64,000 nt of DNA from Phycisphaerae bacterium. Its GTDB lineage: Bacteria > Planctomycetota > Phycisphaerae > UBA1845 > Fen-1342. This document shows, one piece after another, positions 28,909 to 38,523 of this stretch. The notes under the pieces were generated by a model, which saw nothing but the letters and a program-made list of their open reading frames with translations, had not been told where the DNA came from and ran no database searches. Each line of letters opens with the position of its first letter. Position 1 is the stretch's first letter. The DNA lies in contig JASFQK010000006.1 in the NCBI GenBank assembly GCA_050115495.1, forward strand, positions 1-64,000, written 5' to 3'. A program made the translations under genes and the position numbers.

Positions 28909-29822
28909 GAGGTCTCCTCTCCTCGTCGCCCCCTGCTCTCCATAACCACCTTCGTCACCTTCGTGCGCAGCGCACGCAGCGTGTCCACGTTGGGCCTGAG
29001 CTCTCGACATTCCAGCATCGGAAACAGCTCGTAGTCGTTGTCTCTTTCCGCCTCCGGCACGACGAACTCGAGAACGAGCGACAGTACGTCTGCTTCCCAA
29101 GTCGTTAGTCCGAATGGAATCGTCAGGTGTTTCTTCAGGTCGAATTCCGCCCGGCGGAGGGCGCAGAACACAGCCTTGAGCCGCCCGTAAACGTGCGCAC
29201 AAATCGCGTCGCCATCGGGATACAGCGGGCTCACGTGCGGCAACGTCGCCACCGGTCCCCAGCAATACTGAATGGCGCCCAATGCGCAAAAGAGCTCCCC
29301 CGGCGTCAACATCAGGTACGGGCACGGCGTGACGACCTCGCGCGCGGCCCGCCGGTCGACCGCGGTTTCCACGTCGCATCCCAATCGGGCCACTTCCTTC
29401 TGGAGGCATATCCGCAATGCGCAGAGCTGTGCTTCGACTTCGCGGGACGATCGGCGCCGATCGCCCAGGTCCGAAGCAGGGCTGTCGTCCCTCTCGACCG
29501 CGTCGAGCGCGACGGTGACGGCGCGAATGACCGCCCGGCATTCCGGGACACCGAACGCGAATGGCGCTCGCCAGCGAGATCCCGCGTACGATTCGAACAG
29601 GCCGTCACCGATATCCGCAATCGCGCCGGCAACGGAGAACATGCGCTCCTTGAGAAACAGGAGCAACTCATCCGTGAGGGCGGCACCTGGCTCCTTGAGT
29701 GCATGCTGATGGCCCGAGCCAGGACGCGCCAGCACCGTCGCGAGAAGCTCAAGGTCCTCCCCCGACAGCAGCAGCGAGACGATCTCCGCCGTGCTTTCTG
29801 CTTTCATGTTGCGACCCATCAT
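28881..29822 (-). CDS. Hypothetical protein, possible two-fold internal repeat
   Basis: Long ORF with protein-like composition filling the space between neighbours; start uncertain (29807-29828). Confidence 0.6.
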   Translation of the reverse strand: MMGRNMKAESTAEIVSLLLSGEDLELLATVLARPGSGHQHALKEPGAALTDELLLFLKERMFSVAGAIADIGDGLFESYAGSRWRAPFAFGVPECRAVIRAVTVALDAVERDDSPASDLGDRRRSSREVEAQLCALRICLQKEVARLGCDVETAVDRRAAREVVTPCPYLMLTPGELFCALGAIQYCWGPVATLPHVSPLYPDGDAICAHVYGRLKAVFCALRRAEFDLKKHLTIPFGLTTWEADVLSLVLEFVVPEAERDNDYELFPMLECRELRPNVDTLRALRTKVTKVVMESRGRRGEETSWPCGNEQQ

Positions 29823-29880
29823 GACCACACCCGTTCACCTTCTACCGTATCGCCGCGTCATCGACCCAAGAGGCCAGGCC

Positions 29881-30195
29881 CTACGGATCGAACAAACTCA
29901 CGTCCAATGCGCTGTAAGTGAGTATCAACGTCGCACTGACGACAAGCAGCATGGCCGCGAAACCCACACGCCAGCGAACCCGCATCGGAGCAACGTACCC
30001 AACGAACAGGCACGCCCATGAAGACAGAAACAGGGGCGGCACCGGGCTCAGCGGCATTCTCATGCCCTTGGGTTCGGAGCGAGTCGGCGGAGTCCAGAAC
30101 ACAGCGACGAGAAGGCAAACCACACAAATAGTGACTGCCAGACGAAGCCGCCTGAAGGGCATCACGTCGGTTCCGCGCATCCTGTCGTCCATCAT
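29881..30195 (-). CDS. Small hypothetical membrane protein
   Basis: Three hydrophobic segments, GGAGG upstream. Confidence 0.5.
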   Translation of the reverse strand: MMDDRMRGTDVMPFRRLRLAVTICVVCLLVAVFWTPPTRSEPKGMRMPLSPVPPLFLSSWACLFVGYVAPMRVRWRVGFAAMLLVVSATLILTYSALDVSLFDP

Positions 30196-30408
30196 GGACC
30201 TCCCAATCCCGCACGGTATCCGAGAGCCGCCGATGAGAGAAGAGAACTCTCCGGCGGTGGACGCCTCTCCGCCTGCCGAGCGACTCGCGCCTCGGCGGGC
30301 GATCGCTGTCCGGCCCGCCGGTTTGCACCCCCCGGCCCGCCGGCGGTATGCTCAGTGGTTTGTACAATGACGCCGGCCCCACGTCCGGGCTATCCCGGCC
30401 AGGAAGCC

Positions 30409-32154
30409 ATGATCCGCGAACTGCTCGACCTCGCACTGCTCGAAGACTTCGCCCGCGGGCTCGCTCGCGTCAGCGGCCTGCGCATGTGTGTCTACGGCAC
30501 GCACGGCGGACTCGTAACCGCCTCGCCGCCGGCGAGCGAGTTCAGCCGCCTGACCGGCTGGATACCCGGAACGATCCCCTCCGGCCTGACCCTCGTGCCG
30601 GTGCCGGCCCACGACCCGCCGGGAACGGTCGCCTTCTTCACCGACCGCGGTATCTGGTACGTCGCGGCCCCCGTGTACGTCGATGACCAGGCCGCCGGCT
30701 GGGTCGTCGCCGGCGAGTTCCGCGAGCAGTCGCTCTCCGGCGAGCAGTGGCAGACCGCCGCCGGCTCCGCCGAGACCGACCTGCCCCGCGTCATCCAGGC
30801 CTGGGAGCAACTGCCGCTGCTCGATCGCCGCGGACACGCCCACGCCATCATCACCGCCCGCTGGGGCGCCCGGCTGCTGGCCGAATGGGCCGCCCGCGAA
30901 TCGCAACTGCTCGCCGCCGCCGAAGAGACGGCCCTCATCGGCGACATCGCCGAACTGCTGACCGGCCAACAGGACCTGCAGACGGCGTTGAACCGTATCG
31001 TCGCCGAAACGGCCCAGGCCCTCCGCTGCGGGTTTTGCAGCCTGCGGCTGTACGACGCGTCCACGAACGAACTGACCATCCGCGCCGTGCACAACCTCTC
31101 CGAGCGCTACCTGAACAAGGGCGCCATCCTCCGGCTGGAGAACTCAATCGACGACCAGGCCCTGCGCGGCCAGCTCGTCTACGTCGCCAACGCCGCCACC
31201 GACCCGCGCATCCAGTACCCCGACCAGATGCACGCCGAGGGCATCGTCAGCTTCCTGACCGCCGGCCTGCTCTATCGCGGCAAGCCGATCGGCGTTTTGC
31301 GCGTCTACACCGACCGCCCACGCCGCTTCCGCCGGACGCAGCGCACGTTACTGCGGGCCGTGGCTCACCAGGCGGCGATGGCCATCGTTAACGCCCGGAT
31401 GGTCGAGCAGCGGTTGCGCGACGCCCAGACGGAACGGCAACTGACCCTGGCCGGAAAAGTGCAGGCCCGCATGATGCGCATCCCGGCCCCGCGCCACGCC
31501 GGCCTGGCCACGGCGAGCATCTTCCACCCCACCTCGCATCTGGGCGGCGACTTCTGCGACGAGTTCGATCTGTGCGACGGCCGGCCCGCCGCGGTCGTCG
31601 CCGACGTGGTCGGCAAGGGTATCCCCGCCTCGATCCTCAGCGCCTCGATCCGCGGGGCCCTGCGCGCCACCATCGACAATTGCGGCGACACCGGCGCCAT
31701 CCTCACCCGGCTGAACCGGCAGGTCTGCCGCGAGACCACGACGTCTGAGTTCGTCACGCTGCTGCTGGTCGCCATCAACGTGCAGCGGCAGACGCTCGGC
31801 TACTGCAACGCCGGCCACGAGCCGTTGCTGCTCCTGCGCGACGGGCAGGTTCAGCAGCACCCGGGCAAGGGCATCGTGCTGGGCGTGTTCCCCGACGAGG
31901 AGTACGCCGAGCAGAAGCTCCTGCTCCAACCCGGCGACTTCCTGCTGCTCTACACCGACGGCGCGGTCGACGCCGCCAACTTCACCGGCGAGCTCTTCGG
32001 CCGGCCGCGTCTGGCGCAGGCACTGCGCCAGTACGGCAACCTCGCCGAGGTCGATCAGGTCCTGCGAAACATCCTGTGGGATATCCGTCGCTTCGCCGGC
32101 CTGGCCGAGCAGGCCGACGACATCACCATGATCGGCCTGCGCATTCTGCCCTGA
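30409..32154 (+). CDS. PocR-like sensor + GAF + SpoIIE/PP2C phosphatase (RsbU-like)
   Basis: LGGDF, ADVVGKG, NAGH, YTDG and ADDIT PP2C motifs; central GAF domain. Confidence 0.88.
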   Translation: MIRELLDLALLEDFARGLARVSGLRMCVYGTHGGLVTASPPASEFSRLTGWIPGTIPSGLTLVPVPAHDPPGTVAFFTDRGIWYVAAPVYVDDQAAGWVVAGEFREQSLSGEQWQTAAGSAETDLPRVIQAWEQLPLLDRRGHAHAIITARWGARLLAEWAARESQLLAAAEETALIGDIAELLTGQQDLQTALNRIVAETAQALRCGFCSLRLYDASTNELTIRAVHNLSERYLNKGAILRLENSIDDQALRGQLVYVANAATDPRIQYPDQMHAEGIVSFLTAGLLYRGKPIGVLRVYTDRPRRFRRTQRTLLRAVAHQAAMAIVNARMVEQRLRDAQTERQLTLAGKVQARMMRIPAPRHAGLATASIFHPTSHLGGDFCDEFDLCDGRPAAVVADVVGKGIPASILSASIRGALRATIDNCGDTGAILTRLNRQVCRETTTSEFVTLLLVAINVQRQTLGYCNAGHEPLLLLRDGQVQQHPGKGIVLGVFPDEEYAEQKLLLQPGDFLLLYTDGAVDAANFTGELFGRPRLAQALRQYGNLAEVDQVLRNILWDIRRFAGLAEQADDITMIGLRILP

Positions 32155-32193
32155 GCGGGCGGCAAGAGCCCGTAACGCAGATCCCAACCCCGG

Positions 32194-32492
32194 GTGGGTC
32201 GGGCGTCCCGCCCAACGTGGCCGTGGTTACACGACAGCCGCGCGGAACCCCGTTTCAGGTTGGGACACCGCGCCGCCTTTGGAGCCGTGTGCCAGGATGG
32301 AGGGAGAGGGGTGGCCTTTCGTCGTCCTCGACCAGGGACTGAAGTCCCTGGCTACGGTCGTGCGCCCTCCGGGCGGGGAAGCGGACGCTCGATGCGTCTT
32401 CGCCCGGAGGGCGCGCGTTGGTTGCCAGGGACTTCAGTCCCTGGGCCGGGAGCCTCAACCTCTCTATGTCTTCTTCGCCCGGAGGGCGCACG
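32194..32492. repeat. REP/BIME-like palindrome cluster between convergent genes
   Basis: gtgggtcgggcgtcccgccc; inverted 44-bp units 32332-32375 and 32401-32444 built from ccagggact-ga-agtccctgg and cgccctccgggcg; extra copy at 32476-32492. Confidence 0.8.
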
Positions 32493-32664
32493 GAGGGAAG
32501 AGGGCCCAGAAATCGACGGATTTCGGGTGAAACGCCCGACCTACGCGATCCGCACGACCCGCCCCGGGATTCATGCGCGCGCTCCAGCCACTCTCCCAGT
32601 CGAGACTGGCCTACGAGCGCTCACATGCGCCACCCACCCGAGACCGACCCTCGGGCTCCGATGC

Positions 32665-33789
32665 CTACTCGGCCTTCTTGGCACCCGTGACCGGAGGCTC
32701 GACCGACCGGGCCGGCGTTTGGGACTGCTGACCAAACGCGGTCAGGCCGCCGAGCGCACCGAGCCCCATCGTCTCCACCGCCGTCGACGGCACGATGACC
32801 ATCGAGCCCTTCTGCTTGAGCCCCTCGAAGACCATGTTCATCGCCCGCAGGTGCAGCGCCACCGGGTTCTGCTGATAGGCGACTGACGCTTTGGCGAACT
32901 TCTCGGCGATCTCCGTCTCGGCGGTGCCGAGGATGATGCGCGACTGCCGCTCGCGTTCGGCCTGGGCCTGCTTGCTCATGGCATCCTCGAGGCCCTTCGG
33001 GATGATGATGTCGCGGATCTCGACCGCCTGGGCGGTGATGCCCCACGGGTTCGTCTTCGAGTCGAGCACTTCCTGGATCTCGTGGCCGAGGCGCTCGCGA
33101 TGCGAGAGCAGCTCGGCAAGCTCGCCGCGACCGATGGCGTCACGCAGCGCCGTCTGCGCAGACAGAATCACCGCCGAAGCGAAGTTCTCGACTTCGAGCA
33201 CCGCCTTCTCGGCGTCCCAGACCATCCAGAAGGCGATAGCATCGACGTTTACTGGCACGGTGTCCTTGGTGAGCGTCGTCTCGGCGCGGAAGTCGCTGAC
33301 GCGGATGCGCTGATCCACGTACTGGGCGACCTTGTCGACGACCGGCACGACAGCGAAGAGCCCCGGCCCGCGAATACCACGAAACCGGCCGAAGCGCAGC
33401 ACGACCGCCCGCTCCCACTGATAGGCGATCTGCACCCCCGGCGCAATCAGCGCGGCGACGACGGTCGTGATGAGCAGTACGAGAAACGGCTCGAGGATGA
33501 CGTACCGGAAGGCGAGGTAGCCCGTCACGGCGACCAGCGTCGTGAAGACCACGACGGTGCTCCAGACCTGCGCACAGCGGAAGGCACTGGCCAGGATCAG
33601 GGCCCCGCCCAACGCGTACCCGACGGCGTGGATCGTCGGACCGTTCACGACGCCGTGCACAATCATCCCGCCCAACATCAGCAATACGAGCAGCAGCATG
33701 TTGAGCGGAGCGAAGCGGAAGTCCGCCGGCGCCGACGCCGAGAAGCGTTCCCAACCGCCGAGGTTCAGGTTTATGGTCTTGCCCGCCAT
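32665..33789 (-). CDS. SPFH/stomatin (slipin) family membrane protein
   Basis: QWERAVVLRFG, AQTALRD and AMSKQAQAERE motifs. Confidence 0.9.
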   Translation of the reverse strand: MAGKTINLNLGGWERFSASAPADFRFAPLNMLLLVLLMLGGMIVHGVVNGPTIHAVGYALGGALILASAFRCAQVWSTVVVFTTLVAVTGYLAFRYVILEPFLVLLITTVVAALIAPGVQIAYQWERAVVLRFGRFRGIRGPGLFAVVPVVDKVAQYVDQRIRVSDFRAETTLTKDTVPVNVDAIAFWMVWDAEKAVLEVENFASAVILSAQTALRDAIGRGELAELLSHRERLGHEIQEVLDSKTNPWGITAQAVEIRDIIIPKGLEDAMSKQAQAERERQSRIILGTAETEIAEKFAKASVAYQQNPVALHLRAMNMVFEGLKQKGSMVIVPSTAVETMGLGALGGLTAFGQQSQTPARSVEPPVTGAKKAE

Positions 33790-33836
33790 GGTTGTTTCTC
33801 CTTGCCGGGAGGGACCGGCGATCGCGTCGCCGGCGG

Positions 33837-34220
33837 TCAGCGCTGCTCAGCGCGTGCCGCCAACGCCGCCACTACCTCGTCCAGAGTGAAGCCGTATGCC
33901 GACGCCCGGGAAAGCAGCTCGGTGCAGATCTGGTTGAGCATGCGCTGGCGTTGCTCCGGGGACAGCTCGATCTTCTCGGTTCCGATAAACGTGCCCGTGC
34001 CCATCTGCGTACACACGACGCCACGGATCTCCAATTCCTGGTAGGCCCGGGCAACGGTGTTCGGGTTGATCTTCAGCTCGACCGCCAGTTGCCGCACCGT
34101 CGGCAGTTGGTCCCCATGACTGAGGCGTCCGTCGGCGATCGCAAACTGCACCTGGTCAATAATCTGCCGGTAGAACGGCACGCCGCTTCGGGCATCGATG
34201 GAAAGTCGCAATCCGGACAT
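33837..34220 (-). CDS. GntR family regulator (YtrA type)
   Basis: PFYRQI, LPTVRQLA, NPNTVARAY and GTGTFI motifs; short C-terminus. Confidence 0.92.
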   Translation of the reverse strand: MSGLRLSIDARSGVPFYRQIIDQVQFAIADGRLSHGDQLPTVRQLAVELKINPNTVARAYQELEIRGVVCTQMGTGTFIGTEKIELSPEQRQRMLNQICTELLSRASAYGFTLDEVVAALAARAEQR

Positions 34221-34243
34221 GGCCGCCTCACCGTCATCATAAA

Positions 34244-34295
34244 GTAACATAGCACTAGTGTACTAGAAGTATAACACACTAGGACATCAAGTCAA
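34244..34295 (-). promoter_or_regulatory. Promoter and candidate YtrA-type operator of the gntR-SPFH operon
   Basis: Minus strand TTGACT-16-TATACT; inverted ctagtgt...acactag and a tagtacac box surround the -10. Confidence 0.65.
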
Positions 34296-34378
34296 TTCGG
34301 CGACAGGAACATACAGGCCGGCGTCAAGACAGCCGGGCTGATCCCCCGTGAGATTGTAAGCAATTGTTAATACTGGCG

Positions 34379-36541
34379 TTACGGACGCGCGCCGCAATAG
34401 GCGGGGGTGCAGGCGCCTTCCATTGCCTGCCGAAGCTCGCCGACCATATGCCCGGGCCGGTAGGGCTTCTGGATGAAGGCGGCGGGCCGACAGCAACTGA
34501 GCTGCCGGCGGGCGTCCTCCTCGCTGTAGCCGCTCGAGATGACGACCGGCAGCGCCACCCGCATGCGGTGCAGCTCCCGGCACACGTCGTGGCCGGGCAG
34601 GCCGGGCATGGTGAGATCGAGCAGAACAACGTCGATCTCGTCCATGTGAGCGCGGAACAACTCCAGTGCCTCCGGCCCATTGTCCGCCGTCATGACGTGG
34701 AAGCCGGAGCGTTCGAGCGCGGTCTGCGCCAGCTCGCGCACCGTCTCCTCGTCGTCGACGACAAGGACCGTCCCCGCTCGATCACCAGCCATCGTCGTCT
34801 CCATCTCCGCCGGCGGTTCGACCGGGGCGGCCACCGTCCCCGCTACCGGGAAGGCGATACGGATTGTCGTACCTGCGCCGGGTTCGCTCTGAACGCGGAT
34901 CGCACCGCCGTGAGCACGCACGATGCCCAGGACGGCGGCGAGGCCCAGCCCCCGACCTTTGAACTTCGTCGTGAAGAACGGATCAAAGATCCGGGCACGT
35001 GTCTCGGCGTCCATGCCACAGCCGTCGTCGGCCACCTCGAAATAGACATACCGGCCGCGCGGCGGCTCGCCGCCGAACCACGCCTCCGGCGGATCGTCGA
35101 CGGCCGACTCGGCGACGCCGGTCTGAGCGCAAACGTGCCCCGCTCGCTCGCCCATCGCCTCGGCGGCGTTGGTCACGAGGCTAACGAGTACGCGGCGCAC
35201 CTGTGCAGTGTCGATTTCGACCGCGGGCACGGCAGTGGCGAAGTCGCCGGCGAAAGTCGCCCGCCGCGACACCACGGCGCGGAGGAGGTCTTCCAGGTCC
35301 CGGGCGAGTTCTGACAGGTCGACGGGAGTGACGTCGAGGCGACCCTTGCCGGAGTACGCCAGCATCTGGCGGGTCAGGTCCGCAGCGCGCTGGGCGGCGC
35401 GGGCGATGCGTTGGGCAAGCTCGCGAGCCGGCGACTTGGGCGGCAGGTCTTCCAGCAACATGCTGGCGTTGCCCAGGACGCCCACGAGCAGGTTGTTGAA
35501 ATCGTGGGCGATACCGCCAGCGAGCTCGACCAGACTCTCCAGCTTCCGCGCCGACTGCATGCGCGTGAGGAACTTGCGCTGGTGCTCTTCCGCGTGCTTG
35601 CGGGCGGTGATATCCAGGGCGATCTCCATGCGCACGAGGCGACCATCCGGCCAGCGGATGGCCCGGTCCACGCACTGGTACCAGCGCTGCGTGCGGGGGT
35701 TCCACTGCTCCCAGACCACCGGCGGCTGCGGACGGCCGACGTCGTCCACCAACAGCGCATTCGTGCAGAACGGGCACTCCCCCGTCTGGCCCTCCTGGAA
35801 CATCTCGTAGCAGCGCTGCCCGGCGCTGTCGCCGAAATGCTCCACGACGTAACGGTTGACGGCGAGCACCTCGTGCGTCTCCATGTCGGCTACGTACACG
35901 GCGCCTTCCAAACCGTTGAAGATGGCGAAGAGCTCGTTGATCTGTTGGCGCAGCGCCTGCTCGGCGCGCTTGTGTCCCGAGATGTCCCGCATGATCGAGG
36001 AAATGCCGACAACATGACCACGGGCGTCTTCAATTGGCGAGACCGTGGCCGACACGGGAATCTCAGCGCCGTCGCGAGCGCAGCAGGCGGTCTCGATCTG
36101 CCCGCTCGGTGCGCGGCGTATGGCCCCCGTGCGTAGTTCCACAGCCTCGGTCAGACGGCTCTCAGGAATCAATCGCGCCACCGGCTGCCCGAGAATCTCC
36201 GCCGCCGCGTAGCCGTACAGCCGCTCGGCGCCCGCGTTCCAACTCACGATGCGGCCGGTGAGATCCTCAGCGATGATGGCGTCGCTCGAAGAGGCCACGA
36301 TGGCCGCGAGCCGGCGCACCTCCGCCTCCGCATCGGTCCGTTCGGCCACGCGTTTGCGGAATTGCCACCAGGCGCAGCCCAACCCGACCACACCGATCAA
36401 CCACAACAGCATGCAGCGCACCGGCAGCAATCCCTGGCCCGTTCCCGTCGCTCCCCACACGGCGGTGGCGGCGATCGCCGCTGTCCAACCCACCAGGAGA
36501 TACACCGCGTATCGTTCAATTGGGACTTCGCGAACGGCCAT
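34379..36541 (-). CDS. Membrane PAS-PAS hybrid histidine kinase (CckA-like)
   Basis: LAGGIAHDFNN, FDPFFTTK, GRGLGL and C-terminal receiver (VVDDE, DLTMPG, KP). Confidence 0.92.
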   Translation of the reverse strand: MAVREVPIERYAVYLLVGWTAAIAATAVWGATGTGQGLLPVRCMLLWLIGVVGLGCAWWQFRKRVAERTDAEAEVRRLAAIVASSSDAIIAEDLTGRIVSWNAGAERLYGYAAAEILGQPVARLIPESRLTEAVELRTGAIRRAPSGQIETACCARDGAEIPVSATVSPIEDARGHVVGISSIMRDISGHKRAEQALRQQINELFAIFNGLEGAVYVADMETHEVLAVNRYVVEHFGDSAGQRCYEMFQEGQTGECPFCTNALLVDDVGRPQPPVVWEQWNPRTQRWYQCVDRAIRWPDGRLVRMEIALDITARKHAEEHQRKFLTRMQSARKLESLVELAGGIAHDFNNLLVGVLGNASMLLEDLPPKSPARELAQRIARAAQRAADLTRQMLAYSGKGRLDVTPVDLSELARDLEDLLRAVVSRRATFAGDFATAVPAVEIDTAQVRRVLVSLVTNAAEAMGERAGHVCAQTGVAESAVDDPPEAWFGGEPPRGRYVYFEVADDGCGMDAETRARIFDPFFTTKFKGRGLGLAAVLGIVRAHGGAIRVQSEPGAGTTIRIAFPVAGTVAAPVEPPAEMETTMAGDRAGTVLVVDDEETVRELAQTALERSGFHVMTADNGPEALELFRAHMDEIDVVLLDLTMPGLPGHDVCRELHRMRVALPVVISSGYSEEDARRQLSCCRPAAFIQKPYRPGHMVGELRQAMEGACTPAYCGARP

Positions 36542-36933
36542 CGTCCAACTCCAGGTCGGCCGATACGGCCAGACTGCCGTCACCCCGTATTACCCAGCCC
36601 TTGGACAGCGACGCCAACGTGGGACCGGCCGGAGTGTCACGTCGGGCACCGCCCGTTCGTGTTCGCTTAATGCTCGCTTCAGGTCACTGCGAAGTTGCCG
36701 CGGACTGTGCCGCGTAGGCTCCATGATTGACTTGGTGCGACTGCCGGGCGGCCATACCTGACGTTCAACGCCGGCGGCCGCTCCGTTCGGCCCGCAGTCG
36801 CAATTGGGCTTATCGGGCGCTCCGCCCGCCGGCACTTACCGGACATGCGCTACGGGCGCAGTTCGTGCGCCCGACGTGCCTGCGGGGTCCCCTGCGCAGC
36901 GTCCCCCCAACAGCAACAGCGCCGTAATCGGTG

Positions 36934-37371
36934 TTATTCGTCAAACGGTGGCGGATTCGCGGCGGAACTCAGCTTGCCGAACAGACGCCAGTGCTGCCAG
37001 GCGTTGCGGGCCGCGACCGAGTTCCACGCGCCGAAGAGCACGAGCAACACGCCGGTCATGTCGTTGAACAGCAGCCAGATAGCACCGATCACCAGGCAAC
37101 CCGCCGCCGCCACGACGCCCACGATCATGTCCAGCAGCAGCGCGACCGGCAGGCGCGCCCACAGCAGGCCGGCCACGATGAGCAGACCGATCCCCACGCC
37201 TTGGGCGCCATAGGTGAAGGCCGCCACCGAGCCGTTATAGAAAGCGCTGTCGCTGCATCCCTCCAATCCCACATAGAAACCCATGTACAGAAGCAGGCCC
37301 GCCGAGATCAGCGTCTCGAACAACCCCTCTGCCGCAGGCAGACGCGGTGCTGGCGGTCGACTCTCGTCCAT
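36934..37371 (-). CDS. Hypothetical membrane protein
   Basis: GGAGG RBS; four hydrophobic helices. Confidence 0.65.
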   Translation of the reverse strand: MDESRPPAPRLPAAEGLFETLISAGLLLYMGFYVGLEGCSDSAFYNGSVAAFTYGAQGVGIGLLIVAGLLWARLPVALLLDMIVGVVAAAGCLVIGAIWLLFNDMTGVLLVLFGAWNSVAARNAWQHWRLFGKLSSAANPPPFDE

Positions 37372-37540
37372 CGGGTACCTCCCGGCCGGCCATGGGCGCC
37401 CCTGCCGACCGCATACATGGTAGCAACCGCCGACACTCTGGTACAACTTCTCACAACGGCCGCGCCTTGTGTCGGGCCGGCGGCGGTTCTACCATGCACG
37501 TCAGCGTTTCGTGCACCACTGTTCGCCGTGAGAGGGACCC

Positions 37541-38491
37541 ATGAGCCTGCGCATCCTGGCCACAATCGGCGTCGTCCTGTTCCTGCTGCCCGCCGCCCCC
37601 GCCGACACGATCGTGCTCAAGGGCGGTCAGACCATCCGCGCCGAGTTGCTGCGCGAGTATCCCGACCACCTCGTGGTCGACCTGGGCTATGACCTGCTGG
37701 CCGTCCCCCGGACGCACGTACAGGCGGTTGAGGCGGATGAGCCCGCCGACCAGCAGCCGGCCGAAACCGCGGCCACCGAAGACCTGTACAGCACAGCGGT
37801 CCTGCCGGTGGAGAGCGTCAAGCAGCTCACGCAGCGCTTCGGCGAGGGCGTGGTGCTCGTCTCGGTACCCGGTGCCCTGGGCAGCGGTTTCTTCATCAGC
37901 ACCGAGGGGCACGTCATCACCAACTTCCACGTGATCGAGGGCGAGACACGCGTCGCGGTCACCGTGTTCCGACAAACGAACGGCGAGTTTCACCGGGAGA
38001 AGTTCGAGGACGTGGACATCGTGGCCACGAACTCGTTCCTCGACCTTGCCCTGCTGCGCGTGCATCTGCCCGAGGACTACACGCCGGTCATCACCTACCT
38101 CGCCGCCGAGGACCGCATCCGCGACGGCGACACGGTCTTCGCCATCGGCAACCCGCTGGGGCTGGAGCGCAGCGTGTCGGAGGGCATCGTCGGCCGGCAC
38201 AACCGCGCCGATGAGGGCCTCGTCTATATCCAGACGACGACGCAGATCAACCCGGGTAACTCCGGTGGGCCGCTGTTCAACAGCCGCGGCGAGGTGATCG
38301 GCGTAACGAACATGAAGATCATGGGCGGGGAAGGGCTCGGCTTCGCGATTCCAGTGCGTTACGTGATCGACTTTCTGCGCAACCGGGACGCGTTCGCCTA
38401 TAACAGTGAAAGCTCCGAGGCCGGCTATCGCTACTTGCAGCCGCCGGCGCGACAGGATCCGGCGCCGCCGGACCTGAGCAGCTCGGATTGA
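37541..38491 (+). CDS. Secreted trypsin-like serine protease (S1C, no PDZ)
   Basis: GSGF, TNFHV, DLAL and INPGNSGGPL motifs. Confidence 0.9.
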   Translation: MSLRILATIGVVLFLLPAAPADTIVLKGGQTIRAELLREYPDHLVVDLGYDLLAVPRTHVQAVEADEPADQQPAETAATEDLYSTAVLPVESVKQLTQRFGEGVVLVSVPGALGSGFFISTEGHVITNFHVIEGETRVAVTVFRQTNGEFHREKFEDVDIVATNSFLDLALLRVHLPEDYTPVITYLAAEDRIRDGDTVFAIGNPLGLERSVSEGIVGRHNRADEGLVYIQTTTQINPGNSGGPLFNSRGEVIGVTNMKIMGGEGLGFAIPVRYVIDFLRNRDAFAYNSESSEAGYRYLQPPARQDPAPPDLSSSD

Positions 38492-38523
38492 AACCGCAGA
38501 CCAGTTTCAGGGAGGTTCGACTG

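Noticed and set aside
28909..29541. N-terminal extension of the 381-aa ORF 28396-29541
   Set aside because: Overlaps the 28881 gene; RBS and paralog alignment place the start at 28908
14889..30200. Integron cassette array
   Set aside because: No tyrosine integrase and no RYYYAAC...GTTRRRY attC hairpins found after the genes
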